Notes under the pieces: model-generated
What the model was told of the DNA's origin: nothing
Database searches by the model: none
What the model saw: only the letters and a program-made list of their open reading frames with translations
Shown: one piece after another, positions 12,482 through 24,913 of the stretch
Position numbering within the stretch: the stretch's first letter is position 1
Layout of the letters: the number at the start of each line of letters is the position of its first letter
DNA from: Paraspadella gotoi
Taxonomy: Eukaryota > Animalia > Chaetognatha
Assembly: GCA_051294375.1 (NCBI GenBank)
Contig: JBJCIZ010000744.1
Coordinates: 1,931,252 to 1,995,251 of the forward strand
Direction of reading: 5' to 3'
Length of the DNA stretch: 64,000 bases
Translations under genes and position numbers: made by a program

Positions 12482-13879
12482 CGACGACGGAAATTTTTTT
12501 TTGCTTTTTTAGAAAAAGAGGAAAAAAAATATCGACTGCTGAGTTAAAAACACTACGCTCCGCATCTCTACTCTCACCTCTCTCTCTCTCTCTGCTCTCT
12601 CTCTCTACCTGCTCTCTCTACTTAGCTTCTCTCTCTCATCTCTCTCTCTCTGCTCCGTCTCGCCTGGAAATACGAGGAAATTTCCAATCTCATTTGTCTC
12701 AAATTTAATGGTTTGTATTTAAATTTAGTGGATTTTTAATCGACGCGTTAAGCGAGGGGGCGGCCGAACTGCGGACTGCGGCTGCGATGCGGCGGCGGCG
12801 GGACCGCGAATTGTTGAGGTTTTATGGCATCGAGTTTGACGTTTGTTTGATGACGAGCGGATGGGTCGACAGGCGTCGACACGAAAAGAGTAATGATGTG
12901 ATGAAAGGGGCTTTCAAATAAAGGATTGTGAGCTGGGTCCAAAGCTTAAGTCTGTAGGCGCGTGAAGTTAGAAACGAACGGATTTCCTTTCTTTTACTTC
13001 CCGCATTTCTTTTACTCTATACTTCCCTTTTTTTAATTTACACTTTTCCTTAACCTTTCCTTTTTTTCATTCCTTCCCTTTACCATATTCTCCGCTCGCG
13101 ATGTCTCCTAAGGCCGACGAATAAAAATGCACATTACGTAGCCGAAGCCTTTACACGAGGTAGAGAGAGGAAGAAGACCGAGAGAAGATGAGGGAGAGGA
13201 CGAGGGAGGAGATGAGAGACGAGAGAGAGAGACAAGAGAGAGAGACGGGAGAGAGAGATGAAATCGACTATTGGCGCGCGCAAAGAAGGATTTTGCGCAA
13301 CGCTCGATTTGCGGCTTTCCACGCGAGGGTAGACTGATTTCAGTGTTTAAGATACTTAAGATATTATTCTTGTTTCTTAAATTATTGAAACAAAAAAAAC
13401 ACCTATCGATGGTCTATCCGCAACTGAACCGACCGTTATGTAGATGAGGTTTTGACGAATGGACTTTTAAATTTATTAATTTGTTTCAAGAATAGATTAC
13501 TGACACGGTACATAGAGTAAATCTCATGTGACTTTGATACAAAATTGTCACGAACGTTCACCTGAAAGAAAGAATTTATTGTTCGCTCTTTCTCAGACAG
13601 AATGAGAGAGACGAGCGAAAGAGAAAGAGAGAGAGAGAGAAATAGAGAGAGAGAGACGAGAGAGAGACGACCGAGAGAGAGAGATGAGAGACGAGAGGAG
13701 AAGAGAGAGAGAGAGAGAAGAGAAATGTGTTTCTCCTCATTCTAATTTGTATCTTTGTTCTAATTAACAAGATTTATGCATCATAATACTTAATTCCTAT
13801 TTTAATTATGTCTTCCAATAAATCCACCCTGGCTTTAATTAAGATATGAGTAAANNNNNNNNNNNNNNNNNNNNNNNNN

Positions 13880-14052
13880 ATTGTTCCCTCAGTTGCATTG
13901 CTCTCACGAACTTCGGATCAGGCTGTGGGCTTGCTACCGGTGGCTTAACCGACCTGTCGCTCCTTTTTCACGGACCGTCGCGACCAGGGCTCGAACCCGT
14001 GACCATTGGGTTGGGAGGTGAATCGTTAGCCCAGTGCGCTATTACAGCGCTG
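13880..14052 (-). mobile_element. tRNA-derived SINE or tRNA pseudogene (tRNA-Gly-like head)
   Basis: Minus strand has an A box TAGCGCACTGG (14041-14031), a CTCCCAA anticodon-loop-like segment and a B box GGTTCGAGCCC (13997-13987). Cloverleaf stems pair poorly, and an unrelated 3' body follows. Confidence 0.6.
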
Positions 14053-14248
14053 ATGGAAGGAACAGTCGTATCCATGGGGTAACGATATTACATCACTACA
14101 AGTGTTTAATTTTATTAATTTTATTAATGTTATCGCATCTTTCGCTTCTTTTTTTTCGCTTTTGAATTAATAATTAATCAGTAGTTAAATTCACAAATTG
14201 TAATTTATAATATAATTATACAGNNNNNNNNNNNNNNNNNNNNNNNNN

Positions 14249-14264
14249 TTGTTGTGAGAGAGAT
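14249..14264 (+). other. Probable PacBio SMRTbell adapter remnant
   Basis: TTGTTGTGAGAGAGAT lies immediately after a 25-N gap and matches the adapter 3' end (...TTGTTGTTGAGAGAGAT) with one deletion. Confidence 0.65.
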
Positions 14265-14269
14265 TTTAA

Positions 14270-15660
14270 AAAAGAAGGTCAATTCGAAGGAGGAAGATAA
14301 GAAAAAGAAAAAAGAAAAGAAAGAAAAGAATAAAAAACCCGATGAGTATTTGAGTCGATTTCCGTAGAAGGAAAAGTATTTCACGCGAAGAACGAAACAA
14401 AGTTTTTGCACGATCTTCGTTTTCGAGTCTGTGATTACGGCTTGTCGTTCCCATTGGTCGTTCTTCGGTCGTTCGTCGTCGTCGTCGGAACTTTGTCGTC
14501 GTCGTCTCCCTGTCAGAAGCGTTCAAGTGAGATTAAGGGGAACCGCACGTTCGGTCTCATCAAAATCGTTCGTCTGCCGGTTTTTTTTTTTGCTTGGAGG
14601 AAAAGAAAAGGGAGGAAAGAAAAGGGTGAGGAAAAGAAGGAAGAAAAAGAAAAGGGAGAAGAAAGGGGAGGAAAAGAGGGGAGGAAAAGAAAAGGGGAGG
14701 AAAAGAATGGGGAGGAAAAAGAAAAGGGGGAGGAAAGAAAAGGGGGGAAGAAATGGGGGGAAAGAGGGGAAGGAAATAAAGGGAAGGAAATAAAAGGGGA
14801 GGAAAGAAAAGGGGAGGAATAAGAAAAGCAGAAAAGAAAAGTAAGGAAAGAAAAGGGGAGGAAAGAAAATGGAGGAAAAGAAAAGGGAGGGAAAAAAAGG
14901 GGGGGAAAGAAATGGAGGAAAAGAAATGGGGGGAAAAGGAAAAGGGAGGAATAAAAGGGGAGGAATAAAAGGAGGAAAAGAAAGGGGGGAGGAAAAGAAA
15001 AAGCAGAAAAAGAAAAGAAAGGAAAAGAAAAGGGGATGGAGAAAGAAAAATGGAGGAAAAGAAAAGGGGGAAAAGAAAAGCAGAAAAAGAAAGGGAGGAA
15101 AAAAAGAGAGGAAGAAAAGGAAGAAAAAGAAAAAGGAAGGAAAGAAAGGAACAGGAAAAGAAAAGGGAGGAAAAGAAGAAAAGGAACAAAGAGAAACAAA
15201 AGTAAGATAACGCAGTGCAGATTATTTATTGGTTAAACAGAATTGTTTGATTTGATTAATAACATCATTGATTAAATTTCATTGATTTGATTTTCCGGGT
15301 CCGGTTTCAGTCGATTTTTCATTCTTGATCGGAGAGTCACGACCTAAAACTGCCATCTAACCATCACCACCATTACCATTTACCATCTGCCATCTACCAT
15401 ATACCACCATCTCTACCATTTCCATCTTCTATGTTACATCCCACCATCTACGGTAAAAAAAACGGGTCACCCTTCGTCGACGTCAAAGTCACAACCTGAC
15501 CAGAACTTTTATTTTTTTATTTAATTCGATTCGAAAGGTTTTTTGATAAAAAGGAATGAAAGGGAAGTTGTCACGGAATCATCCCTTTATTCTTGGGATC
15601 CGCGGAAAAAATGACTGTGTCTTCTTGCATTTTGTCATTCTTTTGTTTTCATCATGGTTT
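14270..15660 (+). repeat. Direct duplicate of 9255-10890
   Basis: Shared unique text (cgagtctgtgattacggcttgtcg; cccttcgtcgacgtcaaagtcacaacctgaccagaac). Here a GGAGGAAAAGAAAAG-type repeat (14600-15190) fills what is an N gap in the first copy. Confidence 0.9.
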
Positions 15661-15699
15661 TCTATTTTTACCTTCATAATCTTATAATAAAGAGGTTGT

Positions 15700-15836
15700 T
15701 ATTGGAAAGAACTAATTAAAATGGGAAATTAATTATTAGGCCAATAAATATTGTTACTTCTAACCAAAGAACAAATTAGGATGAGTAGAAACACTCTTCT
15801 TCTCTCTCTCTTCTCTCTCTCTCTTCTCTCTCCTTC

Positions 15837-15869
<33 letters not shown>

Positions 15870-16305
15870 TCTCTCTCTTCTTTCTCCTTCTTTCTCTCCC
15901 TTTTCGCGTGTTGTTATGTTCGATAAAATTAACATCCAAACACTGAAACTTTTCTTGCCTAAACTGAAAGTTTGAGAAATAGCGAACAAAATGCTTTCTT
16001 CAGGACGGGTGAACGTGGCCATTTGTATAAAGACATGATACTCATCCGGTACAGTGATCTATCTTGAAAGCAAAATTAATAAATTTTAAAAAGTCCATTC
16101 GTCCACCTCATCACTAACGTCACTAGCTGGGAAATATTAAGACCCATCGATCGCAGTGTTTTTTGTTTTCATAATAAGAACAACAAATATCTTTAAGTAT
16201 CTTAAAAACTTGATATTTACAGTCTACCCTCGGCCGTGGGAAGCCGCGCAATCGAGCGTGGCGCCAAATCTTCTGTTTGCGCGCGCAATATCGATTCCTC
16301 TCTCT

Positions 16306-16349
<44 letters not shown>

Positions 16350-16379
16350 TCTCTCTTCTCTCATCTCTCTCTCTTCTCT

Positions 16380-16435
<56 letters not shown>

Positions 16436-16922
16436 TTAACGGCTTCGCTAGTTAATCGATTTTTATTCGTCGGCCTTAGTGAGACCTCGCGAGCGGAGAA
16501 TTAGTTGGGGAAGAAGGAAAAAAAGGAAAGGTTAAAGGAAAGGTTTTAAAATTAAAAAAAAGGAACGATATAGAGTAGTTTAAAAGAAGAAATGGGGAGA
16601 AAGAAGGAATCGTTCGTCTAACTCACCCCCTACAGGACTTAAGCCTTTGACCCACTCACAAATCCTTATTAAGCCCATCATCACATTTCAGTAGCTCTTT
16701 CGTTGTCGACGCCGACGCCATCGTTCGGTCATTCAAACAAAACGTCAGAACCACTCGCAAAAAACTCACACAAAAGTTCGCGGCTGCCGCCGCCGCAGTC
16801 GCAGCACCCGGCAGCCGCAGCGGCCGCCCCCTCGCTTAACGCCGTCGATAAATCCACTAAATTTAATACAAACATTAATTTGAGACAAAAGCGATGGAAA
16901 TTTCCTCGTATTTCCAGGCGAG

Positions 16923-16958
<36 letters not shown>

Positions 16959-17352
16959 GAGAGAGAGGAGAGAGAGAGAGAGAGAGAGAGAGCGTGGTGT
17001 TTAACCACAGTCATATTTTTTTTCCTCTTCTTTCAAAAGAGAAAAAAAATTTTCCGTTCGCCGGGTTCACAGTTTTATTCAGACGGAAAGGAATGACTCG
17101 AGGAGGATGGAGGAGGAGAGAGGAGAGGAGGAGGAAGAGAGGGAGGTTGAAGAGGAGGATGAAGAGGGATAGGAAGAGGAGGAGGAGGAAGGGAACAACG
17201 AAAAACAGAAAAAGATAAAATTAAAAAAAAAAGAAAAGAGAGGATGTTTCTAGTGTTTATGGGATGTTTCTTTACCGAAAGTTCAGGCACAACCTACCAT
17301 TTTGTTCTCGTTCTTCCTCTCTCTCTCTCTTTCTCCTTCTCTCTTCTTCTCT

Positions 17353-17418
<66 letters not shown>

Positions 17419-17780
17419 CTCTGGTCTCCCTCTCTTCATCTAACTCACGGCGCCGCACAATAAAGACGCCCAGCGTTTTCGAAGTCTACCCAAACGGTCA
17501 CCAATATCCATCTAATAAATATTATATTAATAAATTTAACTAATTTAACATAAATCCTATCATCCTTTCTCTCAGCCCTCTTTTTTTCTAGCAATTCTTT
17601 AGTCTCTTCCTCTCTCATTTGGTACGAATGGTTTTAGATTTGATTTTTATGAAATGAGTACGTATTAAACGTTTTTATTTAATACCGCAAAAAGTGCGAT
17701 GCGGCCTTTCAAATAGTCTAGCAACCTTTTGAATTAATTCATAAAAATATTTAGTTCATTATTTCTGCCTTTCTTTCATT
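15700..17780 (-). repeat. Inverted duplicate of ~10950-13810
   Basis: Reverse-complement matches such as 16840-16925 with 12660-12760 and 17240-17300 with 11565-11630, with many indel differences. Confidence 0.85.
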
Positions 17781-18081
17781 CTCTTCTTTCTCTCTCTCTT
17801 CTCTCCTCTCTTCTCCTTTCTCTCTCTCTCATTCTCTCTCTCTCTTCTCTCTCTCTCTCCTCGTCTCTCTCTCTCTCTTCTCCTCTCTCTCTTCTCTCTC
17901 TCTCTTCTCTCTCTCCTCTCTCGTCTCTTCTTCTCTCTCTCTCTCTATCTCTCTCTCTCTCTCTTCACACTCTCCCCCGCGACCCCCATAGGTTTTTCGC
18001 CCCTATTTCACGATGTTCTCGCCATAGACGAAAAACGCGCGGTACTCTGCCTTCCTGAGATGGCTCTCTCTCTCTAATCTC

Positions 18082-18119
<38 letters not shown>

Positions 18120-18237
18120 CTCTCTTCTCTCTTCTGCTCTCTCTCTCTACTCGGCTGTTTTTCCAATTTTAGCGCTTTTTTCAACTGGTCGCAATCTTTC
18201 TTCTTTGTGACTTTTTCACTCACTCTAATTTTTCCCG

Positions 18238-18269
<32 letters not shown>

Positions 18270-18670
18270 ATTCTCTCTCTCTCTCTCTCTCTTCTTCTCT
18301 CTCTCTCTTCTCTCTTCTCTCTCTCTTCTCTACTTCTGCACGTGCCTCCCCCTCAATGACCCCATTCCCCTTCAAATTGGCCTTTAAACGTTCTTCTACA
18401 GAACATCTCCAAAATTCCTGATCCAGAGAGAGAGGAGAGAGAGAGAGAGACGAGGAGGAGAGAGAGAGAGAGACTGAGAGAAGAGAGAGAGAGATGAGAG
18501 AAAAAAAAAAGAGAGAATGAAAGAAATGCAGAGAAAATAGGAACTATATTTTTTTATAAATTATTCAAGGTTGTTAGACTATTTTTGAAAGGCAGCTTCG
18601 CACCAGTGAGCGTTTTTAATAAATTTATACGTACTTCAATTTAAAAAAATCAAACAAAAACCATTTCCTT

Positions 18671-18762
18671 TTTCACGGGACTTGTCGCGGACCAGGGATC
18701 GAACCCGGTGACCACTTTGGGTTATGGGAGGTGAATCGTTAGCCAGTCGCTATTAGGCGCTG
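18671..18762 (-). mobile_element. Second reading of the tRNA-derived SINE head
   Basis: B box GGTTCGATCCC and a degenerate A box. The flank to ~18880 matches 14052-14220, so this is probably the same locus. Confidence 0.55.
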
Positions 18763-18959
18763 ATGGGAAAGAACCAGTCGTATCCATGGCGGTACGTATT
18801 ACTTCACTCAAGTGTTTAATTTTATAATTTTACTTAATGTTTAAATTCACCCAAATTGTAATTTATAATATATTTATTACAGTTTACTAAAATGAATGAC
18901 GCTGAAAACAGTTTTGTAAGTTATTGATTGGAAAATCTAATTAAATATTTAAGATTATT

Positions 18960-20810
18960 TTCATTAAGATCTGTCAAAAAAAAGAATTTTTTGGAGATTC
19001 CAAATATTGTACATCTAAAATTCTGCAAAATTGTCATTTACAAATCTATTCTGGCTTTGAACAAGAACAACAAGTCGTACATAATAATTAATTACATTGA
19101 TAATTTATAGTCGCCAAAAATAATCTTTCGAATTAGATTCTCATTACTTGTTACTAATTATTCGATTCAAAAACTAATTAACAAAAGTTTGGGACAAAGA
19201 TTTTTTTTTTTACTCTGCATTAGTAATAACCGTTTGAAAATAGTAATAAACAACCTAAATTGAATTAAGGATTAAGTCCGTCTCGTAGAAAGAGGCCGAA
19301 CTGAGTTTTTTTGGGGAGCAAAAGGAAAATTATGTTTGTTCTTAGTCTGCGTATGATTCGAATATTCGAATATTTGATGTAACGATATTTTAAAAAAATA
19401 TTTGAAATTGCATTACTATCCATTTTCCTCATCGTAACTCATCGTGAATGTGATTTTGTTACTTGCAAAAATTTACATTCACAAATTTCCCTTCAATATC
19501 AGGATTTGAGTAACTGAATTAAAACGGGAACTGACAAAGAAGTTGGCCATATTTCACAAAAGCGTCTCATCTCTGTTTTTGGGTTCAGAATTAAGTTAAA
19601 ATATTGGGTTAAGGATAAGTTCATGCATTAGGTTCTAGAGATAAAAAGAAGATTTTGTAAAATTCCCACTTTTTTTGTGTCCATGCAGTTTGTTCCTTTT
19701 GTCGAAAGATGATAATCTAATTAGGAAAAAAGAATAATTTTTCGTTTCTTTATTTTTTTTTTATTTTTTTTTATTTACGATTTCAAAGCCTCTCTTGATT
19801 TTTTTCTTTCACAAAATCAAAATGACATAAATTTTTTTTATTTTTTGACTAAAAACACACAAAGCTTCACATTCTTATTTTTTGTCCTTAATTTTTCTTT
19901 AACCCTTTTTTTAGTTTACTGTTTCTTTGTTTCGATTTTTTTGTTTTAATTTCGTTTTCTGTTTTTTCTAAGAAAAAAAAATCGTTTCTGTTGAAACACG
20001 AGTTTGAAAAATGGAAGAATGAAAGTAAATATAAGAAGATAAGAAAAGCAAATGGAATTTCCTCTCTCTCTCTTCTCTCTCTCTCTCTCTCTTCTCTCTC
20101 TCTTCTCTCTCCTTTTCATCTCTCTCTCACTCTCATCTCTCTCTCTCGGCATATTTTCGGGCTTCCAGGTTTCCTACGGCGCTGCTAGCCTTCCTCGGTC
20201 AAATCGAGTAGACAGAAATGAAAAAACTAAAGCAGGAAAAAGAGCGAATAAAAAACAAATAAAAGCGGAGACGAAATTCCGCCGTTGGACTCCAAAAGCA
20301 TTGGCGTTCTCATCCGCCGGCTCTTTACCCCCCTCCGAACCTTTACCCCAAACGTCCTTTCCCTACTTCCCTTCTCCTTATACACCGTCCTCATCACCTC
20401 CTCTCCGATCTCACCTTCACCGCAATCATCTCAGCCGTCCGTCCTTCACCCTCAGTGTTTGAGACCTTTTGAGCCGGTCAAACTTTACCTTGTTTGGCTC
20501 TTTCTCGTCGTCCCGCAAGTGCTTTACACTCATGATTCTTGAGAAAGGAGGGAGAAGATGAGATGAAGATGAGCAGAGAACGAAGAGAGAGTCAGAGATC
20601 GTGGAGAGAGAGAGAGAGATGAGAGAGAGAGAAGAGATGAGAGTATGAGAAATTCAGGAAAGTTAGGCAAAATTGGCTCTCACGATCGACAAAACTAAAA
20701 AAAACTGTAAAAAAATACGTAGTAAATATTTGAAGCTGTCTTCATTCCTTTCTTGATCCTACTGGTGGAGGCCAACGCTGACCTCGTGGGCCATAAGGAA
20801 AACTGCAGCG
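18960..20810 (-). CDS. Possible frameshifted minus-strand exons, unknown product
   Basis: Non-repetitive blocks with AG/GT-like borders at ~20810-20720 (RCSFPYGPRGQRWPPPVGS), ~20540-20430, ~19717-19410 and ~19080-18960. Reading frames are ambiguous. Confidence 0.25.
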
Positions 20811-21322
20811 CTAAAAACAAAAGTCACGCAAAGATAGAGAGAGAGAGAGAGAGAGACGGGAGAGATGAGGAGAAGGAGAGAGAGAGGAGAACGAGGAAGA
20901 GAGTAAATTAAATAACAATATCGACCTTCGCATCCATCCTTCGTTCCAAAAAAAAAAGCTAAATACTGGGAGAATTTTGATGAACGAAGCCGGAATCTTT
21001 TTTTTTTAGAAAAAAGGCCAAAGTTGCGAGGACGACGCGACGACGAACGACGACGACAGTACGAACCGAACGATCGAACGACCGACGACTAACGCACGAA
21101 CGGACGAACGGACGAACGACGACGACGACGAACGACGAACGAGGACGATCGAACCGGCCGCCTCCGGACTATTTACTGCCGGATCCTCGGCTCAATTTTT
21201 ATTCCTTTTTTTTGTCCCTTTCTTGTTTTGTTTGTTGTTTTTTATCGTCGGCTCGTTCGGGAGAGAGAAGAGAGAGAGAGAGAGAGATGAAGAGAGAGAG
21301 AGATGAGAGGAGAGAAGACGAG

Positions 21323-21359
<37 letters not shown>

Positions 21360-21418
21360 CTGGTAGAAGGAGAGAGAGAGACTGTAGAGAAGTTTCCGTC
21401 TCTCTTCGCCGCTCCAAG

Positions 21419-23928
21419 CAATATCAGTTGGTCCAGGGAAGACTCTATATCACGAGTATAATCTCGAAGACAATGTAAGAGAAATCATAGAGTAAATCGA
21501 AGTGTAATTCTAAAGAAATGCATCAATAATCCGTCATATAATCCAATAATAATTCGTTAATGCCAGTTTTAAATACAGTAGGACTGAGGTTGACCGGGAG
21601 AGAAGAGGAGAGAGCGAGAGAGAAATATCTCAGTCTCTCTCGGTCCACAAACTTTCTGTGGCCACTGGTTCTAATTCAGAGACAGACTCACAAATGGACA
21701 GTCGGACAGGCATACATTGTCTCGATTTTGACATAGCGAGACACAGTTGACGCGAGATGCAGACTTTTGCCGACCTTTGCCGACCTTTGCCGACCTTTGC
21801 CGACGTATTTAAAATTTTCCCGCCAACGCAGAATACTTTTGTCGCCGACTTTCTTGTTCGGGTTACCGTAGACCTTGACCTTTGAAGGTCATAGATCCGA
21901 TCNNNNNNNNNNNNNNNNNNNNNNNNNGACGGATCTGAGAAGCAGAGAAGAGAGAGACGAGAGAGAGAGAGATGAAGAGAGAGAGGAGGAGACAGGGACA
22001 GAGGAGAGAAGAGAGAGAGAGAGAGGAGCGAGGAGAGAGAGTTTTAGAGAAATTTTCAAGCCTGCCAGCACGTGTCCATTATTCAGGCTTTCGTCGCCTC
22101 CAACACATCAATAGTAAAGACACCGGGTCGTCTATTAGGGTATTCCGCTCAAGAAGAGAAAATGGCATCTTTGGTATTGGAAGGAACTGAGGGAAAAGGA
22201 TGGCAGGGAAAGAAGGAGCAGAGCGTGCGAAAGGGAAGGAATAGGAGGCGCAGGAGGACAGAGGCAGAAAGGGAGGAAGACAGAGAGGAGAAGGGAGACG
22301 GGAAAAGAAGGAGTGGCAAATGAGAAAGGAGAGAGGTGGAGAGGAGATAACTGGAGGGAAGGTGGCGAGAGGAGCGGAGAAGGACGGAGGAAGAGGAGGA
22401 AAGGAGGAAGCAGGAGGAACGAGGAGGAGGGATACGAAAAGGAGAGGATGGCAAGGACGAGGGAGGAAAGTAAGGAGGACGGCAAGTAGAGGAAGGAAAG
22501 GAGAGAGGAGGAAGAGTAGGAAGAAGAGGAGGAGGAAGAGGGAGGGAAAGGAGGAGAGGAGAGGGGAGGAAGAGGAGGAAAAGGGGAGAAAGAGGAGGAA
22601 AGAGAGGAGAAAGAGCGAGAGAAAGAAGAAAGAAGAAGGAGGAAAAGGAAGAGGGAGGAAGAGAGAGAAGACAGAGAATAAGAACAAAAGGAACTTGATG
22701 GCTAAAAGGATGAATTCAAAGAGGTCAGAAGAAATATAGAAGGAAGGAAGCCGATCCCAAAGGGGGAAAAAAAAATAAGAAGCTTAACATCAGTAGAGAT
22801 GGACGTCGCGTACGAGCAAATGCCACAAACGACGACAACAACCAAAAGCGGGACGAGGGGGGAAGCCGATTATTCATCTGAAGTACGACGAAAGATGACG
22901 CGACGAGCACGACGACGACGACGGACGACGACCGAGTTCCTGAAGACTATCTCCTGAAAGACCGGGCCTGCATCGTTGAGGCATTAATGTCTGTCACGTC
23001 AGGACGTTTATGATTGAAGTAAAAAGGACAACGCGGGAGAAGATAGGAACGAAGAGCGAGCAGCTGCGGTGCGAGGGCTGGATGAAAAGAGCTAGGAATC
23101 CCGTGGAGATAATTTTTTCTGTGTTTGATTATCTTTCTTAGTTCCGCGTCTTTTAATCCTATTTTTTCTGTATTTACAGATGTGGACAACTCTGACAACC
23201 ATTCTAGAGACAGGATAGGAGAGGAGAGAAGGCGAGGAGCGAAGAAAAAGAGGAAGAGATCGACGACGAGAGAAGTATAGATAGTGGTAAAAGGACGGAA
23301 CAGCAGACGAAAGGAGAGAAAGCAGAAGACAGACCAGAGCCCATACACCATTTCTTTACCCATCATTCGCTTTTGATTTTTTCTTTCCCTATTCAGCGCC
23401 ATCATTGCAAAATATCTCCCTCCTGCACAAATCGCACAATCTGTGGTAACCGCAGATTGCAAACTGCAACAAGAACGATACGAAAGACCTCTTAAACAGA
23501 ATTGATAGATTATTAGATACGATTGCTAGATTCCTAGAAGATTTGAGCGAGTGGTGAAGAATTGGTAGGCGATAGAAGATTCTATCAAAAACCAGTAAAA
23601 TATGTTGAACTTTTCGGCACATCGATGTCCGGTCGATGCGTTGCGTGTGCAACGGTATTATCTTACTCATTGTTTCATGAAAAGTTAGAAAAGTATGAAA
23701 AATAGAACGATGTTTGTAATAAAAACAAATACAGTATTAAGGAGAAGAAACATAAAGGAGTGACGCGAGAGAGAGAATAACAGTTAGTTTGCGTTTTCAT
23801 TTCAAAACAGATTAACAGAAGGAGAAAAGGCGGTAGTCTGATTGACGGTTGAAACTATCAGTTGCGTGATTTGATGACGGGTTAACCATCAGTCGATCTG
23901 AGTAGCGGTGAAACCGATCTCTCTCTGT

Positions 23929-23965
<37 letters not shown>

Positions 23966-24875
23966 GAGATTATTTTTACCATATTCTTTTGATTTTTTTC
24001 TTCCTATTGCGCCAATCATGCAAATATTGCAAATGCAAATTTGGACGCAGATGCAAATGCAAAAGAACGAAACGAAAATTTAAAAGATTTAGATTTAGAA
24101 GATTTAGATTTAGAAGATTTAGATTTAGAAGATTTAGATTTAGAAGATTTATAAAAACAAGAAAAATGTCTTTTACTTTTCGGTCTGTCGGTCGATCTGT
24201 CCGTGAACTATTTGTTATATAGTTTTCAATAAGAAGTTAAAAAGTAGTTAAAAAATAAACATTTTAATAAAACAATACAGTATTTAAGAGAAGAAAATAA
24301 AGGGAGGAGGAGAGAGAGAATAAAATTTAGTTTACTCTTTATTTCAAAACAATTTAAAAAGAGAAAACGCCGTATCTGATTGGACGGTTGAAACCATCAT
24401 TCGGTATCTGATTGGACGGTTGAAACCATCATTCGGTATCTGATTGGACGGTTGAAACCATCATTCGGTATCTGATTGGACGGTTGAAACCATCATTCGG
24501 TCTTAGCATTGTTTTACTTATGACATAAGTTATATCATAAGTTATAACATAAGTTATGTTAGATAGAGTTTCAGAGTCATAATTCCGGCAGGATTAGTGT
24601 CTAGTAATAGTTGTTAATTGATTCAGTCTTGCATACCAGATTATTACTAAATACTATTACTAAATAGGTTATGTCATCTGTTGACTGTAATTCAGGAATA
24701 ACTTCATTCATCTATCTATCTCTCTTTTTAACCGTTTATCTATCTATCTATCTGTCTATCTTTCCTTCCCATTCCTCACTCAGATGTCATTCTGAATGCA
24801 GTAAACTTTTTGAAGCTCGAGTCTTTTTTTCCTTCTTTGTTGGTATCTTTTCGCTTTGGTGCCTCCCACGCTGCC

Positions 24876-24913
<38 letters not shown>

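Noticed and set aside
24372-24499. CRISPR-like 32-bp repeat
   Set aside because: The units are contiguous with no unique spacers, no cas genes are present, and the context is eukaryotic.
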